DNA of 64,000 nt, from positions 22,940,001 to 23,004,000 of the forward strand of contig NC_134481.1 of the NCBI RefSeq assembly GCF_964194025.1. The letters are read 5' to 3'. Below are positions 22,701 through 36,125 of the stretch, in pieces. This DNA is from Convolutriloba macropyga. Its lineage: Eukaryota. The notes beneath the pieces were generated by a model that saw only the letters and a program-made list of their open reading frames with translations, was not told the DNA's origin and did not search any database. A program made the position numbers and the translations under genes. Positions within the stretch are counted from its first letter, which is position 1. Each line of letters begins with the position of its first letter.

Positions 22701-25228
22701 TACTGGCTTTGATACAACTAGATTTCAAATTTTCTTAATTTTTAGGTATTTGCCCATTTTTCACGTTTTCTAGTTTTGTCACATTATCCTGTTTTTGACA
22801 GTGTATATATCACATTATTTGCTTTCAAAATAAGACTATAGGCTTTCAATTAATAATATTAAAAGGCTCAAAGATATAGATTATGATTTAAACGGCTTCG
22901 ACACTGCTTTCTCGAAGAATTTAATTGCTTTTTTTTAAATTGTCTTTAAATGCCGTTTTTACTTTCTTTTTAGTGGCATGAAGTTTTACTGTACAGCGAC
23001 CCGATGTCAATGCTTTTTCATGGAAGAATAGATGAGACGATATTCTGATTTTAATAGATAGCTGATAGCTTTCATGACTCTGAAAACAATTGTTTTCCAA
23101 ATTAAAAAAAAAACACTTTTAAACTTCGCAATTTTGTTCCTTTTATTGTCTGGTTGTTATCTAGTCTCGTTAATTACAGGCCAATTATGACATTACTGTT
23201 GTCAAAGGAATGTTTCAAAGGGGATTAGAGTCACACAATATAATGTTTTCGAACAATTCACTTACTTTACTGGCTTCGACACGAAAAAAAAGTATACTAT
23301 TTTTTGATTTTTGTCATGTTTGACGTTCTTTTTGTAGACATAAGACTTATTCTGGATAATTACAATTCTCATGGGCTTCTTTTGAAAGATTATACAAACC
23401 TAATTAATTTTTTCATTCTAATTAATGGCGTTCATTTCTTTGGAAATTTTTTTTTGGAAAAAAATTTAAAGTATTACTTATTTTTATTTTGTTTTCCATT
23501 TTTTTCTACTTGTTACCTTGCTTCAATAATGAGAGGTCACATAATACATTATCGGTGGTTGCAGAAAGTGCAATTGAACACATTTTGATGGCCATAGTAT
23601 GGCTTTACGGTTTCGAAAGCGTTTTCTGCCAAGTTTTATTTGATTTTGTTTGTTGTCTATTTGTTCTTTTCGTAACCGCGTAAAACATGGAATACCAGCG
23701 CTTCTTAGTTCCTTCTATGGAAGCATTGATAATTGTACACCTATAGGATATCTTATTTGATTTCTAATGGTTTTCATTTTTTCAAAATTAATTGTTTTAA
23801 AAAAAAGCGAATTTTTCAACTTTACTGTCTTTGTTCTTTATTGTCTAATTGTTACCAAGGCTTTTTTTTACTACTCCCTTATCTTTTCTGTTGAATTACA
23901 AGTTATTTTGTTTATTATTGGTTTTATCTGACGGTATTTTGACTTTGTTATTAAGTTTTGTTTTTTAAAACGGACATGAAGTTTTCGATGTAATTAATTT
24001 TTGTTGTTGCTGTTGATTTTGCTTTTCCTCTTGACTCGCTTTCTTAATATTTGCACATCTCATCAATCTAATGCGCCATTTTTACTCCACCAAAGTTATT
24101 TGCTTTGGAGACTTTCTTTTCGTTCATACACCATTTTTTTAAATTACTTGAATTTTTGGGTTTTTCTATGGTCCTCATTTGGTAGACAATCAAGCCAAAA
24201 TTGTGGATGAGCGGGGTCGGAACCTTATGTGCGATCGCACATTACCGAGTCGACTTGTTAGTTTTTCATTAAACGTTTTTTTATCGTGCTTTTGAATGGC
24301 AAATAAAGGTCAATCGTGTCGACAGACAAAAGATCGTTCATTAAATTCAGTTTTGTTTGAATTTCCTTTAATTGAACAGTACAAAAGTTTATCGAACAAT
24401 TAATCGTGTATGTGTATGCAAGTTGAAATTGAGGTTAATGTGAGAGTAAATGACTGCAAATATTAAAAATGTAATGAAATTTGAAAGAGCAAAAAATGAT
24501 ATCCTAAAGTCATCCTTAATTGGACAAAAATCATGTCAAAATATCAAAAACCGACAGCACATTCCAAATATATCTGCCGGGAATTGGAAGAATTAGTTTT
24601 TTTTAGCTTGAAAAGAAACTGCCGGTAGTTTGCATATTCATTACTTCGGACAAACATTTACAAAATGGGCAATAGTGGGATGCGGTTTTTCAAAATTTTT
24701 TATTCAATTTAAAAAAAAATCAGCCAAAATTTCAGAGCAAACAGGCATTTTACTGAAGCGATTCAACGAAAGGAAAAGAATTTTCATTCATCTATCAACG
24801 TCAACGCATTACCCTAAGTGAAACTCAGCTGAATATTCACAAAACTTTTAACGTCAATAACTATCTATCTTTCTACCTAGTTATCTTTCTACCTAAAATT
24901 TTTCATAACTGACTGAACAGTCTTGAAATAGCAGCATATAGATCCTCCCCTCTAAAAAACGAATAAAATTCAATCCTTGGAGAGTAAAAGAAGCTTTTGT
25001 TTCGCAACCACTCAGATTAAAACTCCCAAATCTTTTGTTTTTCGATTGAACTCGGAAATTAACAATTTATTAATTGCGTTCAAATTTTCCTTAATTTTTT
25101 AATGAAAGCCTAGTTAGTTTTTTAAAAGCCCTTATAGCTTATCAAATTGAATTTTGGAAAACACCCTTGCAGAAATATTCTACGCTTTAGGTAGGGTCGA
25201 GTTGTACCTCTCATGCCATTCTCCGATC

Positions 25229-25246
25229 GGGGGGGGGGGGGGGGGG
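25229..25246 (+). repeat. G18 homopolymer upstream of SDE2
   Basis: 18 consecutive G; a GAA-rich purine tract follows at about 25333-25363. Confidence 0.9.
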
Positions 25247-25497
25247 CTGGCAGGGGTGAAAATGACCGAAAAAGACAAGCTACCATGTACTTCCTTCCCT
25301 CATTACATTAAGTCGGAACAACAGTTCGAACGAAGAGGGAGAAGAAAGAAGAAAAAGAAGAAGACAGTAGTATAAAATGATTTACAGGAACATTGTCATA
25401 TTAGAACGCAAAATATTTAATTTTACAAAGAACACAAAATAGTATTTTCTGTCTCTTAAGCTATCGAGCCAAAAAGATTGTTTGTTCTAGATTTGCA

Positions 25498-26565
25498 ATG
25501 TTTTTACACCTCCCTTGTAAAAAGACCGTTTTTCTGACGTCAGATCAGCTTGTCCATATCCTCTCAGAATCGAGGTGCGAGGCATACTTCACGAATGAAG
25601 GTCGAATTGTGAATCACGTCTCAGATATTCAATCACAACACGTGTTTCTAAATGTAAGGCTTTGCGGCGGCAAAGGTGCCTTCGGATCTTTACTCCGATT
25701 CATTGGATCTCAAATCGAGAAGACGACAAATCGAGAAGCAATGCGAGACCTAAGTGGTCGCCGACTCCATGATGTCAATAATGAACAGAGACTCCAAGAT
25801 TGGAATGAACGACAACAAGAGCGGGAACGTCAGCGGGAAGTTGAGAAGGAGGAACGGCTTCAAAAATTGCGTGATGGTCCCAAACATAATTTCACAGACC
25901 AGAAATACTTCGATCAAAGTGCAAGTATCAGAAATAATCTCGAAGATGCTCTTAGCACTGCTTTACAAAGTGCAGGACCGTCAAATGGATCGCAAAGTAC
26001 GTGTGAGATTGATCGCCAAAAACGTAACTCGGCACCCAGAAGCAAAATTTCGTCTTCAAAAAGTAAAAAATCGAGGGGAATTATGGACATGGGGCTACCT
26101 GATGATAGCGACTCGGATTCAGACTCCTCAGAAGCTTCCGAAGGAAGTGTGCCAGTCGCTTGCGAAAGTCGAAATCCAAAACAAATAAAAGCAAGCGGCG
26201 TGGAAAATAAAAATACCGATAAAACTGGGTGTCATAAAACCATGGATGTAACAGAAGGTTGTGTGAAAAGAATCGATGCAGTCGAAACAGATTGTCAAAT
26301 CTCGCTTGAAACTGGGGTTAAAGAGACTCAACTGACAGTAACGAAATCAGAGCCTGACAAAGATTCGGAGGAGAGCGGTACAAATCATGATGAGGCTTCA
26401 AACAGAACTTGTGAAGACACTTCCGATGGTCACTGCCAGAAAACAATGACTGAGAATGAAATTGATAGTGAAAGTAGGAAACGTAAAAGTGAGCCTGAAA
26501 CCACTTCTCTTGAGGATGATTACTACCACGATTTGGTGAAAAGAAACAAAGTTATTGAAGATTAA
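25498..26565 (+). CDS. SDE2: Splicing regulator / replication-stress regulator SDE2 (single exon)
   Basis: Short ubiquitin-like leader ending RLCGG|KGAFGSLLR, then IEKTTNREAMRDLSGRRLHDVN and a coiled coil, matching the Sde2 signature. Confidence 0.95.
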   Translation: MFLHLPCKKTVFLTSDQLVHILSESRCEAYFTNEGRIVNHVSDIQSQHVFLNVRLCGGKGAFGSLLRFIGSQIEKTTNREAMRDLSGRRLHDVNNEQRLQDWNERQQERERQREVEKEERLQKLRDGPKHNFTDQKYFDQSASIRNNLEDALSTALQSAGPSNGSQSTCEIDRQKRNSAPRSKISSSKSKKSRGIMDMGLPDDSDSDSDSSEASEGSVPVACESRNPKQIKASGVENKNTDKTGCHKTMDVTEGCVKRIDAVETDCQISLETGVKETQLTVTKSEPDKDSEESGTNHDEASNRTCEDTSDGHCQKTMTENEIDSESRKRKSEPETTSLEDDYYHDLVKRNKVIED

Positions 26566-29500
26566 TTTATTTAAGTTTTTTAAGGCTATAGTGCGTGTAA
26601 GAAGTATTTCCTTGCCTGGTTTTATTTACTGTGATGGATTGTTTATTAATTGCTCTGAAACAAAGTTTGGGGCAGTTAGTGCAACCGTGTTGGTCTTTTT
26701 ATGCGAAGTTTTTGCTTGACCGCCTTTGCGTTTTTCTTTTAGAACATTCTTTGACTTCTCAAGTGACTTTTCACCCTTCACTTCTTCATGTGATCTCAAT
26801 TGCTGTCATTATTTTTTGCAAATTTATAGTCAATTGTGAGCTGTTGAGGATCAAAGACGTCGTAGATTCGAGGTTAAAAATCAAACTGTTATCCTGGAGG
26901 TCTCGGGCTTGAACCTCTATGATGTCCAATTTTTTGCACTCATAAAATTTTCTAAGCTACACCACTAAATTAAATCCCACCTCCCGGCCTGTTGTTAGCT
27001 AGCAATTCTTTCAGCATTAGTCGGTTCATGTTTTTATTTAGCAGTTACGTTGTAATAGCTGCTGCAGCTATTACACTAATGTATTGGAATAGGAGAAAAT
27101 TTGACTATATAAACAAATGTTTGTCCAATTATTGCTCTTCTTTTCAGTTCTGGGAGCAATTCTGTTTCAATCCCCCTTATGTTTTATGCCTCTCAAATAT
27201 TTTTTTGTTGTTTTGTAGCACAGTACTGTGTGAAACTTAACCCGTGCGCCTGGAGGACGTAAAAGTATTGTGCCCAGTAAGCTGAGGGGAGGGAGTGAAT
27301 CAAGGGTTCTATTTCATTTCACACCGATTTAACTAATTGCATATAGTTTAACCCCATACATTTTCACCTCTTAGCTGTTTCACGACGCAGTTTAATAACC
27401 CAGATATTAGTTTAATTTTTGTGTCCCTGCGTCCAAATGAACAATTAGCAATGCCCAAGTTAACGGACTTAAATAGCACAAAACTACTGACCTCCAAAGG
27501 GTGCAGCATTAAACTACTTTCGTTATTGTACAACCGCAGAATAATGAGACAGTTTTTTAACTGGGCGCCTTTGATCAAAAAAGAACATTGACACTTGTAA
27601 ATTCTTTTATGTTGCACTTTGATCTCAATAAGAGAAATTGAAAAGCTGTTTTATTTTAGAAGACGATCAAACTGATGCGTTTCCATCAAAACTATCTGAG
27701 ATACATTAGAACATGCTTTTTTAAGTTGCATAAATGACCGAAGCAAAACCAAAGTCAGCCGCGTGTTTTAAAAAATGTTCAATGGATTACAGATTGGTTT
27801 TTTGTTTGCAGCTATGCTGTTAATATTTGGTTTTTAAATATTGCAAAACTGTGTTCCCAATTAGGGGTCCTATCATATAGTCACACCAGGTGGCAAATTT
27901 ATTATTCAGTTGCTGTCTTAGGTTTTTGGGGATAAGTGTACAAGGACGCAAGGAGGGCGGCAACTCAAAAATATTCAGATGAAAAACCGTTAAATTAACA
28001 CAAAAGCTATTCAAGTACAAAGTTACGACAAACTGGCAATTGCCCTAAATATCTGAAGTTAATTTTCGTCCGTGGAAACCTCCAAATTCTGAACTCCTCG
28101 TTTTAAGCTCTGATATTTTCTCCTTGTGGTACTGTTAATGAACCAAAACTTTCGGGTATTTCAATTTTTTATGCCGCTTCTCTTTGCAATATATTCGAAA
28201 GTTGTCCTTGATTTAATTCCTAGTTGAGATTTGCTCATCCAGGCTTATATACCATTGTGCCAAGCTTGAGATGCACTTTCCTCTGTTGGCGCGGACGGTT
28301 CAAGAGCTGACACTTGATATAATTTGATTGGAAATATAAGCAAAGCTGTTTTATAACAACGCTTTATAAATATTGTTGATTGTTACATTTGTCGTTTGAA
28401 GGTTTTTTATATCTCCGCCGGTAATAGGGGCTGTATCAAATTGCAGTAATATCTTATCGATTAATAGTTGCTAAGGCATCATTTAATCGACCCTACGTTT
28501 CCTTCTGTTTTTTTTTGATAGCATAGAAATAAACAGGATCAATGCCAAGAAAAAATGTATAAAACCTGTAAATTTGGTAAGTTTTTTGGCATTAACTAAG
28601 AATTTTGACCGCAAGCCAACATTTCGAACATTTGATTGAGAACTAATGGGTAAACAACAATTACTGTACGCTCTTGCTAGTCTTTTCTGCTGTCAGACTA
28701 ACTTTTTTTTTCAAATTTTCTGGAGTGTCAAAATGCCAGTACTCCGGTTTATGCATTGTTTTTTTGTCTATTCTTTTTAAACGCTGATATGTTTGGGTTA
28801 AAGTTGGTTACTGCTGTTATTGCAGTTGCTCAGGGTGCTGAGGGGGTTAAATTTTTAACCAAATCTTAGATCTTGGTATTATTTTTTGAGCGGATGGCTA
28901 TTCAATTAGTTTTTTTATTGGGTTCACCATTGTGATTTTCTTATGAACCATTAATTTGGAGTTTAAATTTGGAGTGGTTCAAAAAATGACTGAGGTGTAA
29001 AAATCTATTCACCCCTCATTCATTTTACCTCAATTTTAATTTCCGATTATGGGACTAATTAGAAATGATTTAGTTGTAATTATCTTTAATGATAGGGAAT
29101 CTTATAATCGGGGTTAAACAATGTACGATTTAATTGTTTTTGGTTTAAATTATGTAGAGATTAGAAAATAGGTTTGTAATTTTAGGGGTTAAAAGAATAA
29201 ATGTGAAGAAACAGGACACCGAAACAGAATAAATCCCATTTCTGTTCGCTCTTCTGTTCCCCTTATTATCTTATTGCCCTCAATTAGAAATTAGATTACG
29301 ATGAAATTAAATTTTCCTTTTAATAGGTCTTATTAGCTCAATTATACTTTCTGTTTTGATTGCGCTGTGTGATTTTTCAGCACGGGGAGTGCGAAAACTT
29401 TGCTAAGAACTCTCTGTTTGGTCACGTCGTTTTTAAAAGTGAAAACTTTTTTCAGATGCTTTTGTCAATAGTTAAATCAATAGACATCGACTTGTAAAAA

Positions 29501-30119
29501 GAATTTTGCGCAAACTTACATGAGCTGAATTAATTTATTGGGTTCTGGTGTATTTTGTGTTAAGAAATATTCAAAGTCGGTAGTGTTCTTCGATTTTTAT
29601 CTGATTCCGCATAAGAGAGTTTCTTATTGAAGGCTTTGAAGTTGACCATTGTAGTCTCCCATTTAAACGTTTTCTACTGTATGAAGAATGAATTTTTGTT
29701 CTTAAAGGAAAATGCTTCCTAATATATTCTCATATTTGGATAGTGGCAGTAGTTGCTTAGTATTGTCTTTAATTGAATGTCTCTAAAAGCAAATACATCA
29801 GGCTAAATTTCTTTCCTCCCTTCCCTTGTAGTTTTAAGTCAGTCCCTTTGACAAGAGTATGGTAATTACAGACAAGTGGCATAAGTCGTATCCTGTTATG
29901 ATTGTGACGAAATTAAAGTTCGTTATCTTTTTTATAGAATTGGAAATTATGATTTCGTACTGTTTGCAAAAACTCTCTAATTTCAAGTCAGTTTTAGTTG
30001 CTTATACAGTGGTGTATCTTTAGCCCCAATTATTGCTTTCAGTTGCGCACGTGTTTGTATAATTGTTATTTTAAGTGGGAAGTTATCTACTGCTGAAGAG
30101 TGGTTTGTTTTGGGTATAA

Positions 30120-32704
30120 AGGAGGCGCTTGGATCATTGGCTTCGACGTACTCAAAACGCAGACTTTGAATAATCAAACTGGGGTCTATATACTAACATT
30201 TGTAAGAGCAGGGAGAACAATAACAAATAGAAATGAATAGGGTGAAATAAAAATTTTAAATGTAGGTAAAATAATCCCTGGCAAATTAATCCTAAATAGC
30301 ACTATAAACCCCCAGGCAAAACAGTTCCAGCCAGCAGAGTGCCACATGGGTGCTCAAAACTGCAGACCTTAATTTTGGAACAATCAACTAGCATAATCTT
30401 TTTTAGACTGATAGACATGATTTGCTTTTCAACCGAAAATAGCTAGAAGATACCTAGTTTGACAAACGCTCTGTTGTCAGTTTAATTGAATACAACAATC
30501 TTAAGCATGAATTATTGAATTTTTTTTTCCAAAAATGCGATAGCGAGCTATTAATAGGCTTCTTACGTGTTTTAGGTCTCGAAGAGGTTTTGGCTTTCTT
30601 GTTGTTTTTCTTCCGAAAGTTCTATGTCTCTTAGGGCGCCATTTTTACTTCCAAGCGAAAGGCGAAAAATGGCTACGTGAACTGATTAATTCCTCTCAAA
30701 CGCATTTTGAAGCAATAATTGTAAACGTGTGTGCGTGCGGGCGTTCGAGTGTTTGTGTGGTTTGTCTTGGGTTTAAAAGAGAAGCTGGATATCATTGGCT
30801 TTGACTTACTCAAAACACAGACTTTGAATAATCAAACTGTGGTCTATATACTAACATTTGTAAGAGTAGGGTGAACAGTAACAAATAGAAATGAATATGG
30901 TGAAATAATAATTTTAAAATGTAGGTAAAATAATCCGTGAAAAATCTATCCCAAATAGCGAGATAAACCCCCAGGCAAAACTGTTCGGGCCAACAGAGTG
31001 CCACATGGGTGCCCAAAACTGCAGACCTTACTTTTTGAGTGAGTAATAAGCATAATCTATTTTAGGTTGATAGACATGATTTGCTTTTCAAACGAAAATA
31101 GCTCGAAGATACCTAGTTTGACAAACGCTCTGTTGTCAGTTTAACTGAAAACAACAATCTTAAGCATAAATTATTGAATTTCTTTACAAAAAATGCGATA
31201 GCGAGCTATCAATAGGCTTCTTACGTGTTTTAGGTCTCGAAGAGGTATTGGCTTTCTTGTTGTTTTTCTTCCGAAAGTTCTATGTCTCTTAGGGCGCCAT
31301 TTTTACTTCCAAGCGAAAGGCGGAAAATTGCTACGTGAACTGGTTAATTCCTCTCAAACGCATTTTGAAGCAATAATTGTAAACGTGTGTGCGTGCGGGC
31401 GTTCGAGTGTTCGTGTGGTTTGTCTTGGGTTTAAAAGAAGCTGGATATAATTGGCTTTTACTTACTCAAAACACAGACATTGAATAATCAAACTGTGGTC
31501 TATATACTAACATTTGTAAGAGTAGGGTGAACAGTAACAAATAGAAATGAATATGGTGAAATAATAATTTTAAAATGTAGGTAAAATAATCCGTGAAAAA
31601 TCTATCCCAAATAGCGAGATAAACCCCCAGGCAAAATAGTTCCAGCCAACAGAGTGCCACATGGGTGCCCAAAACTGCAGACGTTAATTTTTGACCAATT
31701 AAAAAAAGCCTAATCTATTTTAGGCTGATAGAAATGATTTTGCTTTTCAACCGAAAATAGCTTGACGATACCTAGTTTGACAAATGCTTTGTTGTCAGTT
31801 TAATTGAATACAACAATCTTAAGCATGAATTATTGAATTTAATTTAAAATGCGATAGGGAGCTATTAATAGGCTTCTTACGGGTTTTAGGTCTCGAACAG
31901 GTATTGGCTTTCTTGTTGTTTTCCTTCCCGAAGTTCTGTGTCTCTTAGGGCGGCCTTTTTTTACTTCCAAGCGAAAGGTGGAAAATTGCTACGTGAAATG
32001 ATTTTTTCCTCTCAAACGCATTTCGAAGCATTTATTGTAAGTGTGTGTGTGTGTGCGTGCGAGGGTGTGTATGTGTGTGTGGTTTGTCTTCGGTTTAAAT
32101 GAGAAGCTGGATATCATTGGCATCGGCGTACTCAAAACCCAGACTTTAAATAATTAAACTGTGGTCTTTATACTAACATTTGTAAGAGTAGGGTGAACAG
32201 TAACAAATAGAAATGAATAGGGTGAAATAATAATATTAAAATGTAGGTAAAATAATCCTTGACAAATCAATCCCAAATAGCGAGATAAACCCCAGGCAAA
32301 ACAGTTCCAGCCAACAGAGTGCCGCATGGGTGCCCAAAACTGCAGACCTTCATTTTTGAACAATTAACTAGCCTAATCTATTTTAGGCTGATAGACATTA
32401 TTTTGCTTTTCAACCGAAAATAGCTTGAGGATTCCTAGTTTGACAAACGCTCTGTTGTCAGTTTAACTGAATACAACAATCTTAAGCATGAATTATTGAA
32501 TTTAATTTTTAAGAATGCGATAGCGAGCTATTAATAGGCTTCTTTCGTGTTTTAGGTCTCGAAGAGGTATTGGCTTTCCTATTGTTTTTCTCGAAGTTCT
32601 ATGTCTCTTAAGGCGGCGTTTTTACTTCCAAGCGAAAGGCGGATAATTGGTACGTGAACTGATTAATTCCTCTCGAACGCATTTTGAAGCAATTATTTTA
32701 AACC

Positions 32705-32735
<31 letters not shown>

Positions 32736-35700
32736 GTGTGTGTGTGTGGTTTGTCTTGGGTTTAAAAGAGAAGCTGGATATCATTGGCTTTGACTTACTC
32801 AAAACCCAGACTTTGAATAATCAAACTGTGGTATATATACTAACAACTAACATTTGTAAGAGTAGGGTGAACAGTAACAAATAGAAATGAATAGGGTGAA
32901 AAAATAATTTTAAAGTTTAGGTAAAAAATCCCTGACAAATCAATCCCAAATAGCGAGATAAACCCCAGGCAAAACAGTTCCAGCCAACATTGTCACACGG
33001 GTACCAAAAAGGGCAGACATTAGTCTTTGAACACTTAACTAGCCTAACCTATCAGTTAGGCTGATTGACATGAATAGTTTTTCAACCAAAAATAGCTTGA
33101 GAGTTCCTTGTTTTACTAACGCTACGTTGTCAGTTTAACTGAATACCACAATCCTTCTCATGAATTAATGAATTTGATTTCAAAAGATGCGATAGCCAGC
33201 TATTAATAGCCTTCTTCTGGGTTTTATGACTCGAAGATGTATTGGTTTTCTTGTTGTTTTTTCTTCCCGAAGTTCTGTGTCTCTTAGGGGGCGTTTTTTC
33301 TTCCAAGTGAAAGATGGAAAATTGCTACGTGAACTGATAAATTCCTTTCGAACGAATTTTGAAGCAATTATTGTAAACGTGTGTGTGTGTGCGTGCGAGT
33401 GTGTGTGTGTGTGTGTGGGTGTGTGTGTGTGTGGTTTGACTTGGGTTTAAAGGAGAAGCTGGATATCATTGGCTTCGACGTACTCAAAACCTAGACGTTG
33501 AATAATAAAACTGGTCTATATGCTAACATTTGTAAGAGTAGGGTGAACAGTAACAAATAGAAATGAATAGAGTGAAATAATAATTTTAAAATGCAGGTGA
33601 AATAATTCCTGACAAATCAATCCCAAATAGCGAGGTAAACCCCCAGGCAAAACAGTTCCAGCGAACAGAGTGCCACATGGGTGCCCAAAACTGCAGACCT
33701 TCATTTTTGAACAATTAACTAGCCTAATCTATTTTAGGCTGATAGACATTTTTTTTGCTTTTCAACCGAAAATAGCTTGAGGATTCGTATTTTGACAAAC
33801 GCTCTGTTGTCAGTTTAACTGAATACAACAATCTTAAGCATGAATTATTGAATTTAATTTTTAAAAATGCGATAGCGAGCTATTAATAGGCTTCTTTCGG
33901 GTTTTAGGTCTCGAAGAGGTATTGGCTTTCCTATTGTTTTTCTTCTCGAAGTTCTATTTCTCTTATGGCGGCGTTTTTACTTCCAAGCGAAAGGCGGATA
34001 ATTGCTAGGTGAACTGATTAATTCCTCTCGAACGCATGTTGAAGCAATTATTGTAAATGTGTGTGTGTGTGTGTATGTGTGTGGCTTGTCTTGGGTTTAA
34101 AAGAGAAGCTGGATGTCATTGGCTGCGACGTACTCAAAACCCAGACTTTGAATAATTAAACTGTGGTCTATATACTAACATTTGTAAGAGTAGGGTGAAC
34201 AGTAACAAATAGAAATGAATAGGGTGAAATAAAAATTTTAAAATGTAGGTAAAATAATCCCTGGCAAATGAATCCTAAATAGCAATTTAAACCCCCAGGC
34301 AAAACAGTTCCAGCCAGCAGAGTGCCACATGGGTGCTCAAAACTGCAGACCTTAATTTTGGAACAATCAACTAGCATAATCTTTTTTAGACTGATAGACA
34401 TGATTTGCTTTTCAACCGAAAATAGCTTGAAGATACGTAGTTTGACAAAAGCTCTGTTGTCAGTTTAACTGAATACAATAATCTTAAGCATGAATTATTG
34501 ATTTTTTTTTTAAAAAATGCGATAGCGAGCTATTAATAGGCTTCTTACGGGTTTTAGGTCTCGAAGAGGTATTGGCTTTCTTGTTGTTTTTCTTCCCGAA
34601 GTTTTATGTCTCTTAAGGCGGTGTTTTCCAAGCTAAAGGCAGAAAATTGCTACGTGAACTGATTAATTCGTCTCGAACGCATTTTGAAGCAATTATTCTA
34701 AACGTCGTGTGTGTGCGTGCGTGTGTATGTGTGTGGTTGGTCTTGGGTTTAAAATAGAAGCTAGATATCACTGGCTTTGACTCACTCAAAACCGAGACTT
34801 TGATTAATCAAACTGTGGTATATATACTAATATTTGTAAGAGTAAGGTGAACAGTAACAAATAGAAATGAATAGGGTGAAAAAAAAAGTTTAAAGTTTTT
34901 GGTAAAAAATCCCAGACAAATCAATCCCAAATAGCGAGATAAACCCTCAGGCAAGACAGTTCCAGCCAACAGAGTGCCACATGGGTGCCCAAAAAAGCAG
35001 ACCTTAATTTTTGAAGAATTAACTGGCATAATCTATTTTAGGCTGATAGACATGATTTGCTTTTCAACCGAAAATAGCTTGAAGATACCTAGTTTGACAA
35101 AAGCTCTGTTGTCAGTTTAACTGAATACAATAATCTTAAGCATGAATTATTGAATGTATTTTTTTAAAAAAAAAATTGCGATAGCGAGCTATTAATAGGC
35201 TTCTTACGGGTTTTAGGTCTCGAAGAGGTATTGGCTTTCTTGTTGTTTTTCTTCCCGAAGTTCTATGTCTCTTAGGGCGCCATTTTTACTTCCAAGCGAA
35301 AGGCGGAAAATTGCTACGTGAACTGATTAATTCCTCTCAAACGCATTTTGAAGCAATAATTGTAAACGTGTGTGCGTGCGGGCGTTCGAGTGTTTGTGTG
35401 GTTTGTCTTGGGTTTAAAAGAGAAGCTGGATATCATTGGCTTTGTTTTACTCAAAACACAGACTTTGAATAATCAAACTGTGGTCTATATACTAACATTT
35501 GTAAGAGTAGGGTGAACAGTAACAAATAGAAATGAATATGGTGAAATAATAATTTGAAAATATAGGTAAAATATTCACTGAAAAATCAATCCCAATTAGC
35601 CAGATAAACCTACTGGCAAAACAGTTCCAGCCAACAGAAGGTCACACGGTAACCCAAAAGGGCAGACATTATTCTTTGAACACTTAACTATTCTAATCTA

Positions 35701-36125
35701 TCAGTTAGGCTGATTGACATGAATAGTTTTTCAACCGAAAATAGCTTGAGGGTTCCTAGTTTTACTAACGCTATGTTGTCAGTTTAACTGAATACCACAA
35801 TCCTTCTCATGAATTAATGAATTTGGTTTCAATAGATGCGATAGCGAGCTTTTAATAGCCTTCTTTCGGGTTTTACGAGTGGGAGATGTATTGGTTTCCT
35901 TGCGGTTTTTCTTCCCGAAGTTATGTCATAAGGTTGCGTTTTTACCTACAAGCGAAAGGCGTAAATTTGGTGCGTGAACAGATTAATTGCTCTCGAACGC
36001 AGTTTGAAGCAATTATTGTAAACGTGTCTTTGTGTGTGCGTGTGTGTGTGTGTCTGTGTGTGTGTGTGTGTGGGTGTGTGTGTGTGTGTGTGTGCGTGCG
36101 GCGTGCGTGTGTGCGTGCCGCGTGA
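30120..36125. repeat. Satellite array: 9 tandem units of ~650-700 bp, each ending in a variable (GT)n microsatellite
   Basis: The GAAGCTGGATATCATTGGC..ACTCAAAAC landmark recurs near 30125, 30781, 31437, 32103, 32770, 33455, 34105, 34757 and 35422. Confidence 0.95.

Noticed and set aside
22900-23900. Faint ~700-bp periodicity
   Set aside because: Similarity is too weak to separate from T-rich composition without an alignment.
27237-29192. piggyBac-like MITE suggested by TTAACCC ... GGGTTAA words
   Set aside because: Candidate ends do not match beyond 7-8 nt and several alternatives exist.
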